Below, piece after piece: positions 12,826 to 26,692 of a DNA stretch of 64,000 bases. Made by a program: the position numbers and the translations under genes. The notes under the pieces were generated by a model, which worked only from the letters and a program-made list of their open reading frames with translations, was not told where the DNA came from and did not search any database. Every line of letters starts with the position of its first letter. The first letter of the stretch is position 1. Origin of the DNA: Chrysomallon squamiferum (Eukaryota; Animalia; Mollusca); the NCBI GenBank assembly GCA_012295275.1, contig CM022666.1, positions 14,322,001 to 14,386,000 of the forward strand. Reading direction: 5' to 3'.

Positions 12826-13737
12826 ATGGCTTCAATCTGGTTGCTCCTGGCTCTGTTTTTTGGCGTCATCGTTGAAGGCAATACGACTACTTCAACGTCT
12901 GCGACAAAGACGTCAGTTAATGATGCCGATTCTTTGAACGACTCGTTCATTTCATGCGCCAGACGTTGTCGAAACGACGAACGTTGCGAACAATTTGAGT
13001 TTTTATCGTCGTCGTTGACTTGCAGTATCAATATCACAGACAGATGCAGTGAAAACGTTTCCAGATACGAAACGTGGACGAAACAGAACTGGCTGGACGA
13101 CACAAACCACCGAGCGTACACGTACAAATTCGACTTGAAAGAATGCACAAAAATTCTGTGCCCGGTACCGGAAGAATACCCAAGCTTTACGGTCGCGTAT
13201 GAATCCAGGACTGTTCACTCCACCGCAACGTACACGTGCGATAAGGGACTAACGTTCTGCGGCTATGACGTGGAGACGGTCAGCTGCCTGGCGAACGGTT
13301 CCTGGGACAGAGTCGACACAGTCTGCACCAACGAAACGTGGGTGCGTCCGGGTTTACCCTTCTACACCCAGCTCAACTGCAGACTGAAGATCGGGTCCGT
13401 GATAGAAATCAAATGGACGGCCGACGACGATTCCTTCCTGTTTGAATTTCAGCTCATGCTGACAATGCGACTTGTGTTCTCTGACGGGACTCTGCGGTGT
13501 CTCTCTGCCCTCCATTCTTACCGGGACGACACAGGCCCGGATACAACTTACAATATTCCGTCAAATGAGCTGATGGAGTACACCATGACGATCGTACAGG
13601 CGGCCGAATCTTACCGGGTTACCATTAACAACCAGACGGCGTGCTACCTCGTTTTCGTACACAATAACGCCACGAACGACCGCATCTTCTTGACAAGCGG
13701 GATACACGTTTCGTACGTTACCGTGCGCCGTTTGTGA
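12826..13737 (+). CDS. Secreted protein with PAN/apple-like, Sushi (CCP) and galectin-like domains
   Basis: GC-richer 303-aa ORF. Signal peptide MASIWLLLALFFGVIVEG. PAN-like SCARRCRNDERCEQFEF....TC. Sushi CPVP...TATYTCDKG...SCLANGSW.....C. C-terminal beta-rich region starting PGLPF..L...L.IG.VI.I, similar to the galectin fold start. Confidence 0.85.
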   Translation: MASIWLLLALFFGVIVEGNTTTSTSATKTSVNDADSLNDSFISCARRCRNDERCEQFEFLSSSLTCSINITDRCSENVSRYETWTKQNWLDDTNHRAYTYKFDLKECTKILCPVPEEYPSFTVAYESRTVHSTATYTCDKGLTFCGYDVETVSCLANGSWDRVDTVCTNETWVRPGLPFYTQLNCRLKIGSVIEIKWTADDDSFLFEFQLMLTMRLVFSDGTLRCLSALHSYRDDTGPDTTYNIPSNELMEYTMTIVQAAESYRVTINNQTACYLVFVHNNATNDRIFLTSGIHVSYVTVRRL

Positions 13738-14354
13738 CGTCATGCGCAATGTGACGTTATTGTCGTCAAGCGATTCCGTGATTGTTTTTCCATTAACTTG
13801 TTCACTACTGAACGCCAATATAATTCAGGAATTTCTAAAATTCTGACTTTTATTATTACTATATAAATATATATTATTTAAATATATATTATATAAATAT
13901 AAATACAAAATTTACTATGTTTTGAAGACCATAATGATAATAATAAAAATTAATTTAAATTGTTTCCTTGTCTGTGCTTTATTTGTATCTTTTGTTATGA
14001 AAAGAAATATATGTGTGTATGTTTATTCTATGTATGTATTTCTTTTTTGTGTGTGTGTGTGTGTGTGTGTGACAGATATAGAGAAAGCAAGAGAGATTCA
14101 GAGAGAGAGAGAGAGACTATCATATATCAAAATGAAAAAAATTACGAACCCTTCTGAATACATTATTCAATTAATTTTCTTATTTCTCTGTTTTCAGGTT
14201 CAAGAATGAATCCAGGATAAAAAAAACAACAAGTTTGTAACGAGAGGAGCTAGCACTGGTAAGTTTGACAGTTTAATACAGAAATAATTATTTTACAGCA
14301 TAAACTTTATACAGTTCACAAATACACAATGTTATTATATGGACTGCATTCCTG

Positions 14355-14446
14355 AAACCTACTATTATTACCACTACTACCACTATTACTGCTACTACTA
14401 CTACTACTCCTACTATTACTTCTACTACTAGTACTATTATTACCAT

Positions 14447-14481
<35 letters not shown>

Positions 14482-14507
14482 TTCCTACTACTACTACTAC
14501 TATTATT

Positions 14508-14585
<78 letters not shown>

Positions 14586-14586
14586 G

Positions 14587-14624
<38 letters not shown>

Positions 14625-14634
14625 GCTACTGCTG

Positions 14635-14698
<64 letters not shown>

Positions 14699-14720
14699 CA
14701 CTGCTGCTACTACTACTACA
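14355..14720. repeat. (CTA)n microsatellite
   Basis: Directly visible long ACT/CTA run. Confidence 0.95.
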
Positions 14721-15276
14721 GTGGAGATGTCCTGGTTAATAACACTTAGTAAGGTTTACAAATATTGAAAATGGATCAAGTGATTACAAAAATGCAGAAC
14801 TAATTTGTTTTTGACTATTGTTTTTACATTTAGAAATGTTTTGTAATTTCAGTATGGTGTTAGACATATGCAGATATTAACAAGACTGATTGAATGGCAA
14901 CCAGGAAAAATGAACCGGTGGACTGTAAGTGTTTACTCTGTATATTAGAATAGAAGGTAGACAAACAGATGGATGGAACACATTAACTGAAAAACACCTC
15001 TCATTTATTAAGATTCTTCTTCTTTTTCTTCCTTCCTTTCTTTCGTTTATTTTTTTTTTTTGAAAGACATGGATTGAGTTTTGTTTTCTTCATTTATAAC
15101 AGTAAATTTAGACAATACCTTCTTGAAGAGCCAAGGTCTGAAGGATCAATCCCAGTAGATGCACCAGCTTTTCAAATTCCTGTACTCAGTAATTTGATTA
15201 TGCATATACATAATACTACATAAAAGAATATTTGATAATATATATATATATAATCAGTAAATATTCTTTTATATAC

Positions 15277-15308
<32 letters not shown>

Positions 15309-15484
15309 ATACTTACAAACACACACACATATATATATATATAAAAGAATATTTCCTTCTAAATGCTATGTTTGATGCTATCAAATTTCAACTTTCCTAT
15401 ATTAATATTACAAAATAAAATTATATGTTTGGTATCTAATAAATATCAATATTAAATATTGTGCAGGTGCGATAAAAAACATAA

Positions 15485-15532
<48 letters not shown>

Positions 15533-15541
15533 TTATTTATT

Positions 15542-15577
<36 letters not shown>

Positions 15578-15778
15578 CAGTAAACGTGAAGGAACCAAAG
15601 GACGCTGGATATTGCAATATTTATTATAGAGTTGATAACCTAAAACGGGCCTCTCATGTTGATTGGCATTGGGAAGAAAGAAATGAGTAAGTGCTCTTAT
15701 TATTTATTGTTTTCGTTGTTTGTTTGTTTATTTATTTATTTATTATTATTATTGATAATAATAATAATAATAATAATA

Positions 15779-15841
<63 letters not shown>

Positions 15842-16807
15842 AGAATATATTGCAGTTTTTGAGGCTACTGTCAATGAACAAGGCTACTACCGGGAATCGA
15901 AACCCATACCTCAAGATGTATATGACGTCATCAGTGAAGATAAAAACGCACGGGTATGTCGATTAATTATAAAATATCTAAAGAACAAAACAGTTTTCTA
16001 TGACGTCATAACTATTGGGATTTCTTGATTATTAAAGGTAAAACAGGGACACATTTTTAATCGAGTTTTCAATATTTCTGTTCCTAGTCATTGTGTCATA
16101 TATATGTTTAAACGAGGCAGGAATATACACTGTTGCAATTTTGTGACTATTCATATTTATTTATTTATATTTTGTTTGTTTGTTTAGTTATTTATTTGTT
16201 TATTTGTTTGTTTGTTTGTTTGTTTGCTTGTTTGTTTTCGTTTCCTTTGCTTTTTTATTTATTACTTCCTTTTGCTGTTTCTCTTTCTTTCTTTCTTAAT
16301 TTGTTTATTTGTTTATTCATTCATATATATCACATTTTTAAAATGTATGTCCTCATATATTTTTTTTGATATATATTCACATATAGTTATATATCTTTTT
16401 CTTTTATTTATAATTATTCATTTTTAATTTCGTTTCGTTCCTTTCGTTGTTTATTTTCGTTTCGTTTTTTTTTTTGTTCTTTTGGGGGGGATTTTTTTAA
16501 CTCTTTTTTATTGACGCATGCGCTCGCACTGGGTGTTACGCAAAACGAGTTTTGCAGCAGACACTAATGTGTGTTGTATGTCACGTTCGTTTGAGAAAGA
16601 GATTTGTTCTGCAGTTAAATGTCAGTTTAAAGTCACATGATATACCTGTGTGTCACTGCTGTACGAAAATAACGAACAGCAATGAAATATTGCGTCTTGG
16701 AATGTACTGAAATGAAATCAATTACAGCCGTTTAGTATTATTTAAAGTTTTAACTTGCATGTGTGTATGTGTATGCAAGAATGTGTTTGTCTCTCTCTCT
16801 CTCTGTC

Positions 16808-16904
<97 letters not shown>

Positions 16905-16961
16905 TTCTGTCTATATATTTCTGTATGTATGTGTGTATGCGTTTGTGTTTGTATGTCTGCA

Positions 16962-16993
<32 letters not shown>

Positions 16994-17007
16994 CGTGCGC
17001 GCGCGTG

Positions 17008-17254
17008 CAGTGTAAACTGGCAAAACCGGTCCCTGGTTAATACGGATTCCCCGACTACACCGGCCATGTCTTTTGGTCCCGAATTTACATGTATACGTTA
17101 GGTGTATTAAAATCCTTAATAAACCGAATCCTGTATATTACGGATACGGGATCGGTTTTCATCCCCAAGGGTTTAAGTTACTGGTTAATTAGCCTCAACA
17201 AACTGCAAGCCAGATAAGCTCAGCTGGCTACCAGACTGGTTTTGCCACTTTCAA

Positions 17255-17257
<3 letters not shown>
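17008..17257. mobile_element. MITE / non-autonomous Tc1-mariner-pogo type DNA transposon (250 bp)
   Basis: Imperfect 24-bp terminal inverted repeats: left CAGTGTAAACTGGCAAAACCGGTC, right (reverse complement) CAGTTGAAAGTGGCAAAACCAGTC. CAGT...ACTG ends with TA immediately to the right. Confidence 0.75.
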
Positions 17258-17304
<47 letters not shown>

Positions 17305-17762
17305 AAGGCTACAGGGATGAATGTATGTCAGGGACCGATTTTCTGTGTTATATATTTTTGTTATTACTTTCTGTCTGTCTGTCTCTCTCCTGGTCTCTTC
17401 TGTCATTGTTCTGTCCTCCATCACACACTATTTTGTTTGTTAATGTATTTGTTTGTGTGTTTGTTTGTTTTACATATTTATTTGTTTGTTAGTGTATTTT
17501 GAACTTTTTTTTTTTCTTTTTCAGAAAGTGGAAAATGATCGATTCAAAGTGAAACTGATGAAGAAAAAGAATATAGATCTACAAAGATATTTTTATTAAT
17601 TTTTAAATATTAATACTTGATTCGTTTGATCTCTGCTGACACAAAAAAAAAAAAAAAAAAGAAAACCAGAAAGAAAACAAAAAACGAGAGAAAAGCTTGT
17701 TAATGAATAAGCTGTTAAATATAAAAATGCCAATCACCGCTAACAGCAGATGTATTTCGTAA

Positions 17763-17793
<31 letters not shown>

Positions 17794-18229
17794 TGTGTGT
17801 CTGTGCGTTATTATGTGCATGTGTGCATGTGTGTGTGTGTGGGTGGGTGTGTGTCTCACATTTATCTACCTTGTGAAGGTTTATGTGTGTGCGTGGTGTT
17901 TGCGTGTTTGTGTCTCAGTGAATACCAGGTACTGCCTTTATCATTTATGATTTTCTTGTAATGTTTGAATAAACGGTTTATTTTTAAAGACAGTATTGTT
18001 AAATATTTAAATAATTCTACAATCAGCCATCTCTCTCTCTTTGTCTTCGTCATGCTGTATCTCTCTTTGTCTTCGTCATGCTGTATCTCTCTCTCTCTCT
18101 CTCTCTCTCTCACTTTCTCTCACTCTCTCTCCATATGCAATCTATTCATCTATTCATCACTGGTGTATATCTTTCCCAATCGCTTAGACATTTATCTTGG
18201 TCACTTTGGAACGTAAATAGAAAACTAAT

Positions 18230-18570
18230 TATCTCCAGTCTTTGTCAGTATTCCCCACTCTCGACTGTAATGTGTCTGACTTCAAATAAACGATATCCTA
18301 TTTCTTAGTTTCAGTCAGATTTGGCTACTAATATTCCCACTGTGCCATTGTTAATATTTTTCCCATCTATAATATGGAGTCCATTTAAACTGCGTGTTTT
18401 AAACAGCAATACAGAACGTCCTCGAAAAAATCAAAGAGCAGAGTTGGAACTGGATAAATGGGATCAATAGATCGCATTTTTAGATTTGTCGTAAAGACGA
18501 TTTATTTCTTTGTTTACGCCAACATTTTTGAATTATTGGATTCTTTCTCCGGTTTTTGCCAGTCTTTTAC
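18230..18570 (-). mobile_element. Possible highly decayed RTE-like LINE reverse transcriptase fragment
   Basis: Broken minus-strand frames give VGVNKEINRLYDKSKNAI, PTLLFDFFEDVL and GLHIIDGKNINN, in the order expected upstream of the YADD motif of RTE reverse transcriptases. No intact motif remains. Confidence 0.3.
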
Positions 18571-19669
18571 AACTGAACTATGATTAAGTGAAACAGAAAT
18601 TTGAAACTTTCATCTGGTAAAATGAAAAATATCTTGGTATCTAATATTTATGCTTTATTAAGTATTATTTTCAAGAGAAACATTTAGGATAATGAATTAT
18701 GTAAAGACAAGATCTAGCACTTAAGAAAAGGGATTGCATCATAATGTTAGACATAAAATAATGCTGGAAGTTACACGATTTCATCAGTTTATTACAGAGA
18801 AATTTGTTCTGGGGTTGAATTTCACGTGTCACTGCCATATGAAAATAAATAACAACTATGAAATATCACGTGTTAGAACACACTGAAGTGAAATTAATTA
18901 TAGCCAGTATTTTACTGGAAGAGGTAGGAACGAAACCGTGGGAGGGGGGGATTATTATCTGATGTACCCCCAGGGATAAACCCCACCCTCCACTAACATC
19001 CATCCTCACTGGAAATGTGTTAAGCTTTTAGCATCATTTATTGATGCTAAAAAATAAAAATAAATTTCTGCCGACATTATTATTATATTTCTTAACTTAC
19101 TTTTTACAACATCGTATCCAAGTCGCGCCCAACAGAGGCGCTAATCGAAACAGTTCCGCCATTTTGGAATTGAGATAATTGCCAAAAGAAGCGAACGCAG
19201 ATGATTTACCGTTTCCTTCATGGCTGTCCCACCTCGAGCAAATGCCATAGACTCTATCAGCGACAGATATTCAATAATCTTGGATCTAAAACGAGCTGGT
19301 GCGGCCGGAATAATGAAGTATGAGGTTCGGGATCACGGGAGATGACAAATGACGCTATAACCGATTTTTCCCGCGCCCAGAACACAAACCAGGCAGACGT
19401 TAACATAAAGGAGCAGACGACAAACAGTGACTAGCTAAATGTAGGTTATTTATGAGTGTTAACGTGAGAGGATTTTTGTGAAGCAGTCTGGATGTTGTGT
19501 GTCAGTTAATTAACAGAGTTAAAAAAAAAAAAAAAAAAAAATTAAAATAAAATAAAATAAAATAAAAAAATAAAATAAAATAAAATAAAATAAAATAAAA
19601 AATAAAATAAAAAATAAATAATAAAAATAATAATAATAAAAAAATAATAACAACAAAAATAAATAAATA

Positions 19670-19721
<52 letters not shown>

Positions 19722-19734
19722 CAACAACCAAAAT

Positions 19735-19767
<33 letters not shown>

Positions 19768-19977
19768 TTATTCGTTCATTCACTCATTTATTCATTAGTT
19801 GATTCATTCTTTGCAGTTATGTCCAAAAAAAAAAAAAAATAATAATAATAATAATAAAAAAAAAAAATAATAATAATAATAAATTAAAAATAAATAAAAT
19901 AAAATATCGATGCATTTTCTGTAGTCTTGACGTCATGTCGTACATATGAACCGATTGCTTTGGATTCTTACAGTGAC

Positions 19978-20013
<36 letters not shown>

Positions 20014-20815
20014 ATTCTGAAATAAAATAAAATAAAATAAATAAATAAATAAATAAATAAACAAATAAATAAATAAAAATACAGTTATCAGAGTGCCACG
20101 TACGTGATTTTAGTTCTTACGTTAATTATATTATTTTCATACTTTGCTTTTTGATAGATGTGTGTACATCCACCCACCCATGCACATACACCCCACCTCC
20201 ATACACCCCACCCCCACATATATAAGTAAAATTTACATGGTGGAAGAACGAAGGACATTCATCTTCTAAATCTAAGATCATCTTGGAAAGTTCTGTCTCT
20301 AAGGCTAAAGCTTTCCACATTTACGATTATCAATTAATAACAACGTTTTTTTTTTTTTATCTCTGTCAGTTTGTTCAGTTTCTGAGTATCATACATCATA
20401 TCGCTGACAATGTAACGAGACCTTGTTCTTGCTGAAAGAAAAAAGACTGAAGGAAATGTGAAATGAAATAATGAAAAACAAACGGAAAAAGAAAAGAAAG
20501 AAAAAAAAAAAAAAAAAAAGAATAAAAAAAAAGAACCAAGTAAAAATGTTCTTAAAAACGAACAGAATGACATGGAAATAATGAAATGAAGTAAAAATAC
20601 ACAAAGAGAGAAAGAAGCAAAAGGAAGAGAAAAAAAAAAAAATAAAAATAAAAATAAAAGAAGAAGAAGAGAAAAAGAAATTGACAAAAGAAATGAGTAA
20701 AAATTTTGAAAATGAAATTAAAATTAAAGAAACAAAGGAAGAGAAAAGAAAGAAAGAAAGGAAAAAAATGTCAGTATTTGATTAGAACATTTTGTTACTA
20801 TTGCTGTTGTTGTTG

Positions 20816-20846
<31 letters not shown>

Positions 20847-21843
20847 ATTTACAACAAATGCATCATCATTGCGGGTGTGTACGTGTGTTAACAATTGAAA
20901 CGTTCACCTGTTTGTAACCACAGTATTTATAATCATTTTGCATTGTTATTAGCGAACAGTAATCATACACAGCAAGTGAAATGATAACTAACTTCAGAGC
21001 GCATTTAGGTCATTTTTCTTGCGAGTTAATAAACATAACAGTGATAAAGAAAACAAATTGCAAATATTTTATAGGACATCAGACATGTCTTGTTTTAACT
21101 GCTACTGCAACCACTACCGACACCATTACCATACGTAACTGCTATCACTGTAACAACAACCATTGCCACTATCACAACTGTAACAACAGCTGCTACTACA
21201 TCTGTTGTTTTATTACTTAAAATGGTGTTGACGACGACCACTATGACAAATCTAATCTCTGCTTTCTGAAAATTATTTTATTTTCGAACGCATTTAAATC
21301 GTTCATTTTGTTTTCGCTTTGGGATAAAACTATATGAATAATAAATTAGTACAGATTTACATGCAGACGTCCAGATGGTTCGGCATGATTAAACTGTTTG
21401 ACGACTACTGAACTCTTGCTGAACTAAGAATAATCAGTGGCGGGTCAGGGGTGAGGGGGGTTGCTCTGATCTACAGCTGAAAAGAGTATTCTGATAGGTC
21501 ATTATATTAATCGTCTGCTCAATGTGTCAGCCGTTTCATTATGTGGTTAGGTGAATTAGTCCAATTATTCTTAAAATGAAGGTTGGTATTTAAGCTGGTA
21601 TAATTATATTTAAATACATACATGTTTATATACACATGCATACATACATAAATGCATACATAACAGACACATAAATACATACGTACATACCAACATGCAT
21701 ATACACACACATATACATACATACATACATATATACCAACATGCATATACACACACACATACATACATACAAACATACATATATACCAACATGCACACCT
21801 GTCTATCTGTCTATCTATCTATCTATCTTTGTGTGTGTGTGGG

Positions 21844-21898
<55 letters not shown>

Positions 21899-24150
21899 AT
21901 ACATACATACATACACAGACACACTCACATATTTACCTACATACATACATGCACACAATATCAATACACATCTAATGCATATCTAATTACAAATAACAGT
22001 GACACAAAAATACTCAATTACTCCCACCCCCCCCCCCCCCCCCCAGCCCTCTTCCCTCATCACAACTGCGGATATAACAAACCCACATGAACAACCGATA
22101 AATACATAATATAAAATACTGATGTCGTATATTTGCCTAAACGCTATCGTTGTATGTCGGACAAACGATATCAGTAAAAATTTTCGGCAACAGTTTGCAA
22201 AGACAATGCGTTACACGTAGATTTAATTACAGATCTCCAGCTGTCTGTACTCCCAGCAGGCACCGCGTTACAGACTCCACAGAACTGGAAAAAACGTAAA
22301 CGACAGCTGCAAGTTTTATTGACAAGCAAAATGGAATCTTCTCCGCTGTTCACATCGCGTCGACAAATGTCGTCTTAATGTCTCAGCGACAACAGATGGG
22401 GAACATTTATTACAGTTGTTGTTGTTTGTTGTTGTTATTATTATTATTATTATTATTATTCATTTATTATTATTAGTACTGTTACCACTACTGCTACTAT
22501 TATTATTAAATTACTACTACTACTACTACTACTATAATTATTAATAGTATTACTATTATTACTACTGCTGCTCCTATTATTATTATTGTTGTTGTTGTTT
22601 TTGTTATTATTACTTTTATTTTAAATTATTATTACTGTTACATTACTAATATTACCACATGCTACTACTGTTTGCTCCTATTATTATTATTGTTGTTGTT
22701 GTTGTTGTTATTTAGTATTTAGTTGTCTCTTTGTAGAATAAGAAATCATTATATATATTTTTTTTCGCTAGAGTTGGATGTAGCTTAGTAGTACCCGACG
22801 TTTGTTAGATAAAAAAATAACTTCTTCAAAACGTTCCCTTATTTCTCGTTTCAATCGCAGATTTATCAACAGTCTAAGGGTCGGTTGATGTTAAAAATGT
22901 ATTTTCGCTAAATGTGTTTCCAGTCATCGTTATGACAAAATAAATAAATAAACAAATAAATAATGAAAGAAAAAAAACAATTTGATATTTAAAAACCATA
23001 AATAAAATACGTGTTAAGGTCTTATTTTGAAAATATTCAAATCCATCCATCTATTCAAATCCACCTGATATTCCATCCTTCCGTCCTTCCTTCCAAAATA
23101 TTCAATCATCCATCCATCTCTCCATTCATTCATTCTTTCTTCTTTCTTCTTTCTCTCGCAACGTTCGAATAATCCATACACACATTCTGTCTTTGAATAC
23201 TTCAGTCTCCCAGTAGCAAAGCTGAAATCGTGACGAAGTTGATTTATTAATCTTTCAACATAAACGTTTTATAAATTCAATTCATTTTCCATCAGATATT
23301 ATAAATAAATAAATAAACTTCGACAATATTTTTAAAATCGATTTTTCAGTTTGCGTTTAATTTAAACGCACACACACTGATAGATTAATTATTATAAATT
23401 TATAAAAGAAAAAAAAACATTCTTTATAGACAAAAAATATTCCACTTGCTTAAAATACATTAAAACACAATAAATAAACAAACCCTAAATAAATAAAAAA
23501 ATCTTCATTAACTTCACACACTGTTAAGAAAATGCAATTCAGTAATATTCAGTTCTGTCGAAAACATTTTTGTTGTTGTTGTTTTTTCAAGTCATACTGA
23601 GTATACAGTGACAAGATTCGAACCAACAAACCTTCATTATGCTGTAATTCCTTAAAATAAATACCAAACGTCCTTGACATTTTCAAAGGTTGTTACGCAT
23701 TTGCAATGTCTGTTGCTTCAAAATATAAACCTCGGGATATTCGTCGTAGTTCTATTAATTATCTCTACGACTTTTTTTCTTCCTTTCTTCTTTCTTTTTT
23801 TTCTGTTCTTTCCACTTCTTTTTCAGTCTAAATATTTTTTCTTTACAAAAGCTTTTGACAAACGTATCCCACTGTTGAAGATGTAATAATTAACTCAGCA
23901 AGTGCGTCCACGTGAATCGATCCAGGGTGCCTTGAGCTAACTATCTCTCTTGACCTATATTCTGTTGCTTTACGAAAAAGGAAACTATTAGTTAGAATAT
24001 TAAAAAGATAAAAGAAAGAGAAATAGGTGTCTTACAGAATTAATGTCGTAAGATATTATGGTTTCATTAACAGCATAGAAGGGCTGAAATCTTTCAAAAT
24101 TACTTGTTTTAAATAGATGTTCTACGATAGAAGGTTAATAGAATAATATA

Positions 24151-24280
<130 letters not shown>

Positions 24281-25415
24281 TATTCTTGCTTCCCTCGTCT
24301 CTCTCCCACTTTCTCCTACCACGGCAAAGACTAGTTTATCTCCTTGTACTGGGTTTTATTGACGGTATTGTACGCTGACGTACACTTGCTTAAAGTAAAC
24401 TGACAGATAGGAAACTGTTCAATTCTCGCAAATTAGCGTCTCCCGCCTGTCAGACGAGAACAGAGGTGTCGTCTGCGAGCGACATTTACGTCAGGAAAAC
24501 TCGTTTACGCGTCTCCGTAGGCAAAGCTATTTTTTTTTTTCTATACCTCGACACAGTTTCGTATTTTTGTATTAGAATTATTGGGGATTAGTGGATTTTT
24601 ATTTATTTATTTTTTTAATTGAAAACAGTTCTTATTTATTATTTATATATTTATTTATTTATCTCTTTATTTTTTTTTATTAATTATATATATATATATA
24701 TATATTGATGGATTTATATAATAATAATAATTATTATTTAAAATTTAACTGTTTTTATCTTTTTTATATTTATTTATTTATTTATTTATTTATTATTATT
24801 ATTATCATCATCAACAACATAAACAATATTATTATTATTGTTATTATTACTGCTGTTGTTGTTGTTATTGTTGTTTGTTTGTTTATTAATAATCACTACT
24901 ACAGAAGAGTTAAGGATATCGCATACGACAGTACGCTGACGTATTTCCACTGTCTCCCATCTATAATGTCGTCTGCTCTACGTGTCTCTGGCTGGGCAGC
25001 CGACGATACGTCTGTCAGTAGGCGTGGCTTATGTGGTCACGTGACCGCACAATACTCTCACGTCATCTACTTCGTTCTTTCTGGATGCCATGACACCACT
25101 CCGACAAGTGTACAATCGACTGCTGGATGTCTTTTTTTTTCATTCGCACAGAAAGGAATTAAAAATATGTAAGTAGAAATTTTCTCTTAAATAATTTATT
25201 GTGAGTAATCGGTTTAATAGCTTTGGTTTCTGCACTTATATTTTGTATGTGTTTAGCTGATTATTTAATTATTTATTTATTTAGATGTAGCGATTAATCG
25301 TTTTACTGGTTTTCTTAATGGAAAGAGAAGCAAGGTATTTTATTTGTCTAAACGAAATGAAAATTATGATATACTTCTCCGTCTGTCTGTCTGCAGGTCT
25401 GAGTGTCTTTCTCAC

Positions 25416-25506
<91 letters not shown>

Positions 25507-25723
25507 CTCGAAACGCCAGCCATAAAATTATGTATCAACTAATACGTATTATAACAAACTTTGTCAACACTGTGTTCTCTGTTATAATAATTATTGTTAT
25601 TATCACCGTTGCAACAGCAATTTTCGCAATCACAGCTCAAGCACTTAATTACTGACTCAGTAAGAAGCATATTTGTCCGGCCAAAACACTTTCGAATATA
25701 CTTATCGTTAAATTAGATTTAAA

Positions 25724-25778
<55 letters not shown>

Positions 25779-25861
25779 CCTTAATAAAACAAGATGGCTG
25801 TTTCATTACGTTAAACACTGTCGATAGCATCAATATTTTCTTTCAATCTGCTGTTAATACA

Positions 25862-25912
<51 letters not shown>

Positions 25913-26452
25913 TACATATTTAATTTTATATTTTGTTTACATACAGTCATATTTTCGCATTATAAAACTGCGTGCACCATTAATACATTTGATCGAAAAT
26001 TTATTTCTCAATTATTATGTGTTTTTTGGTGTTTTTTTACTTCTATTTTCTGCACATTTGTTTATTCTTTTTTGAATTATGCCATTTGGGTTACTAGTTC
26101 CCCATGGTAAGGAAGAATCGATGATGGTTTCTAAGCTGTAATAATGTGGATGTAATGATCAGAAAGAGTAAGATGATGCGCTCCAGATTAGAGGGGATCG
26201 TATTTACAACTGATTTGTAATTTGTCGTAACGCATTGAGCGCAACTCGGAGCATTATAATAAATGAATAATAACAACAATTCTGAGTGCGCATCAAAATA
26301 CTCAGAGGTTCAGCCGTGGCAAAATACTGACATTATTTGTTGTGCAGTTTTTAATTAAGTTTTGCTTTTAAACATAAAGCGATTGCAACTTCAGGTTTCT
26401 TGCTCGTAGTATTAAACAAATATATAAATATATATATATATATATACATACA

Positions 26453-26484
<32 letters not shown>

Positions 26485-26636
26485 CATATATATATATACA
26501 TATATACATACACCTATATAATTACATAGATTCACAAAGCTACATTATCATATGTTTGTTTATAAAAAACACATTAACAATTCATAATTCATTTTAAAAT
26601 AACACCTACTGCTACTACTTCTATTACTACTTCAAA

Positions 26637-26692
<56 letters not shown>

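Noticed and set aside
22770-22895. Possible tRNA-derived SINE head (GGATGTAGCTTAGTAGTA), with a similar hint near 15125-15170
   Set aside because: Only an A-box-like fragment is present, with no clear B-box or cloverleaf. It is too decayed to support a call.
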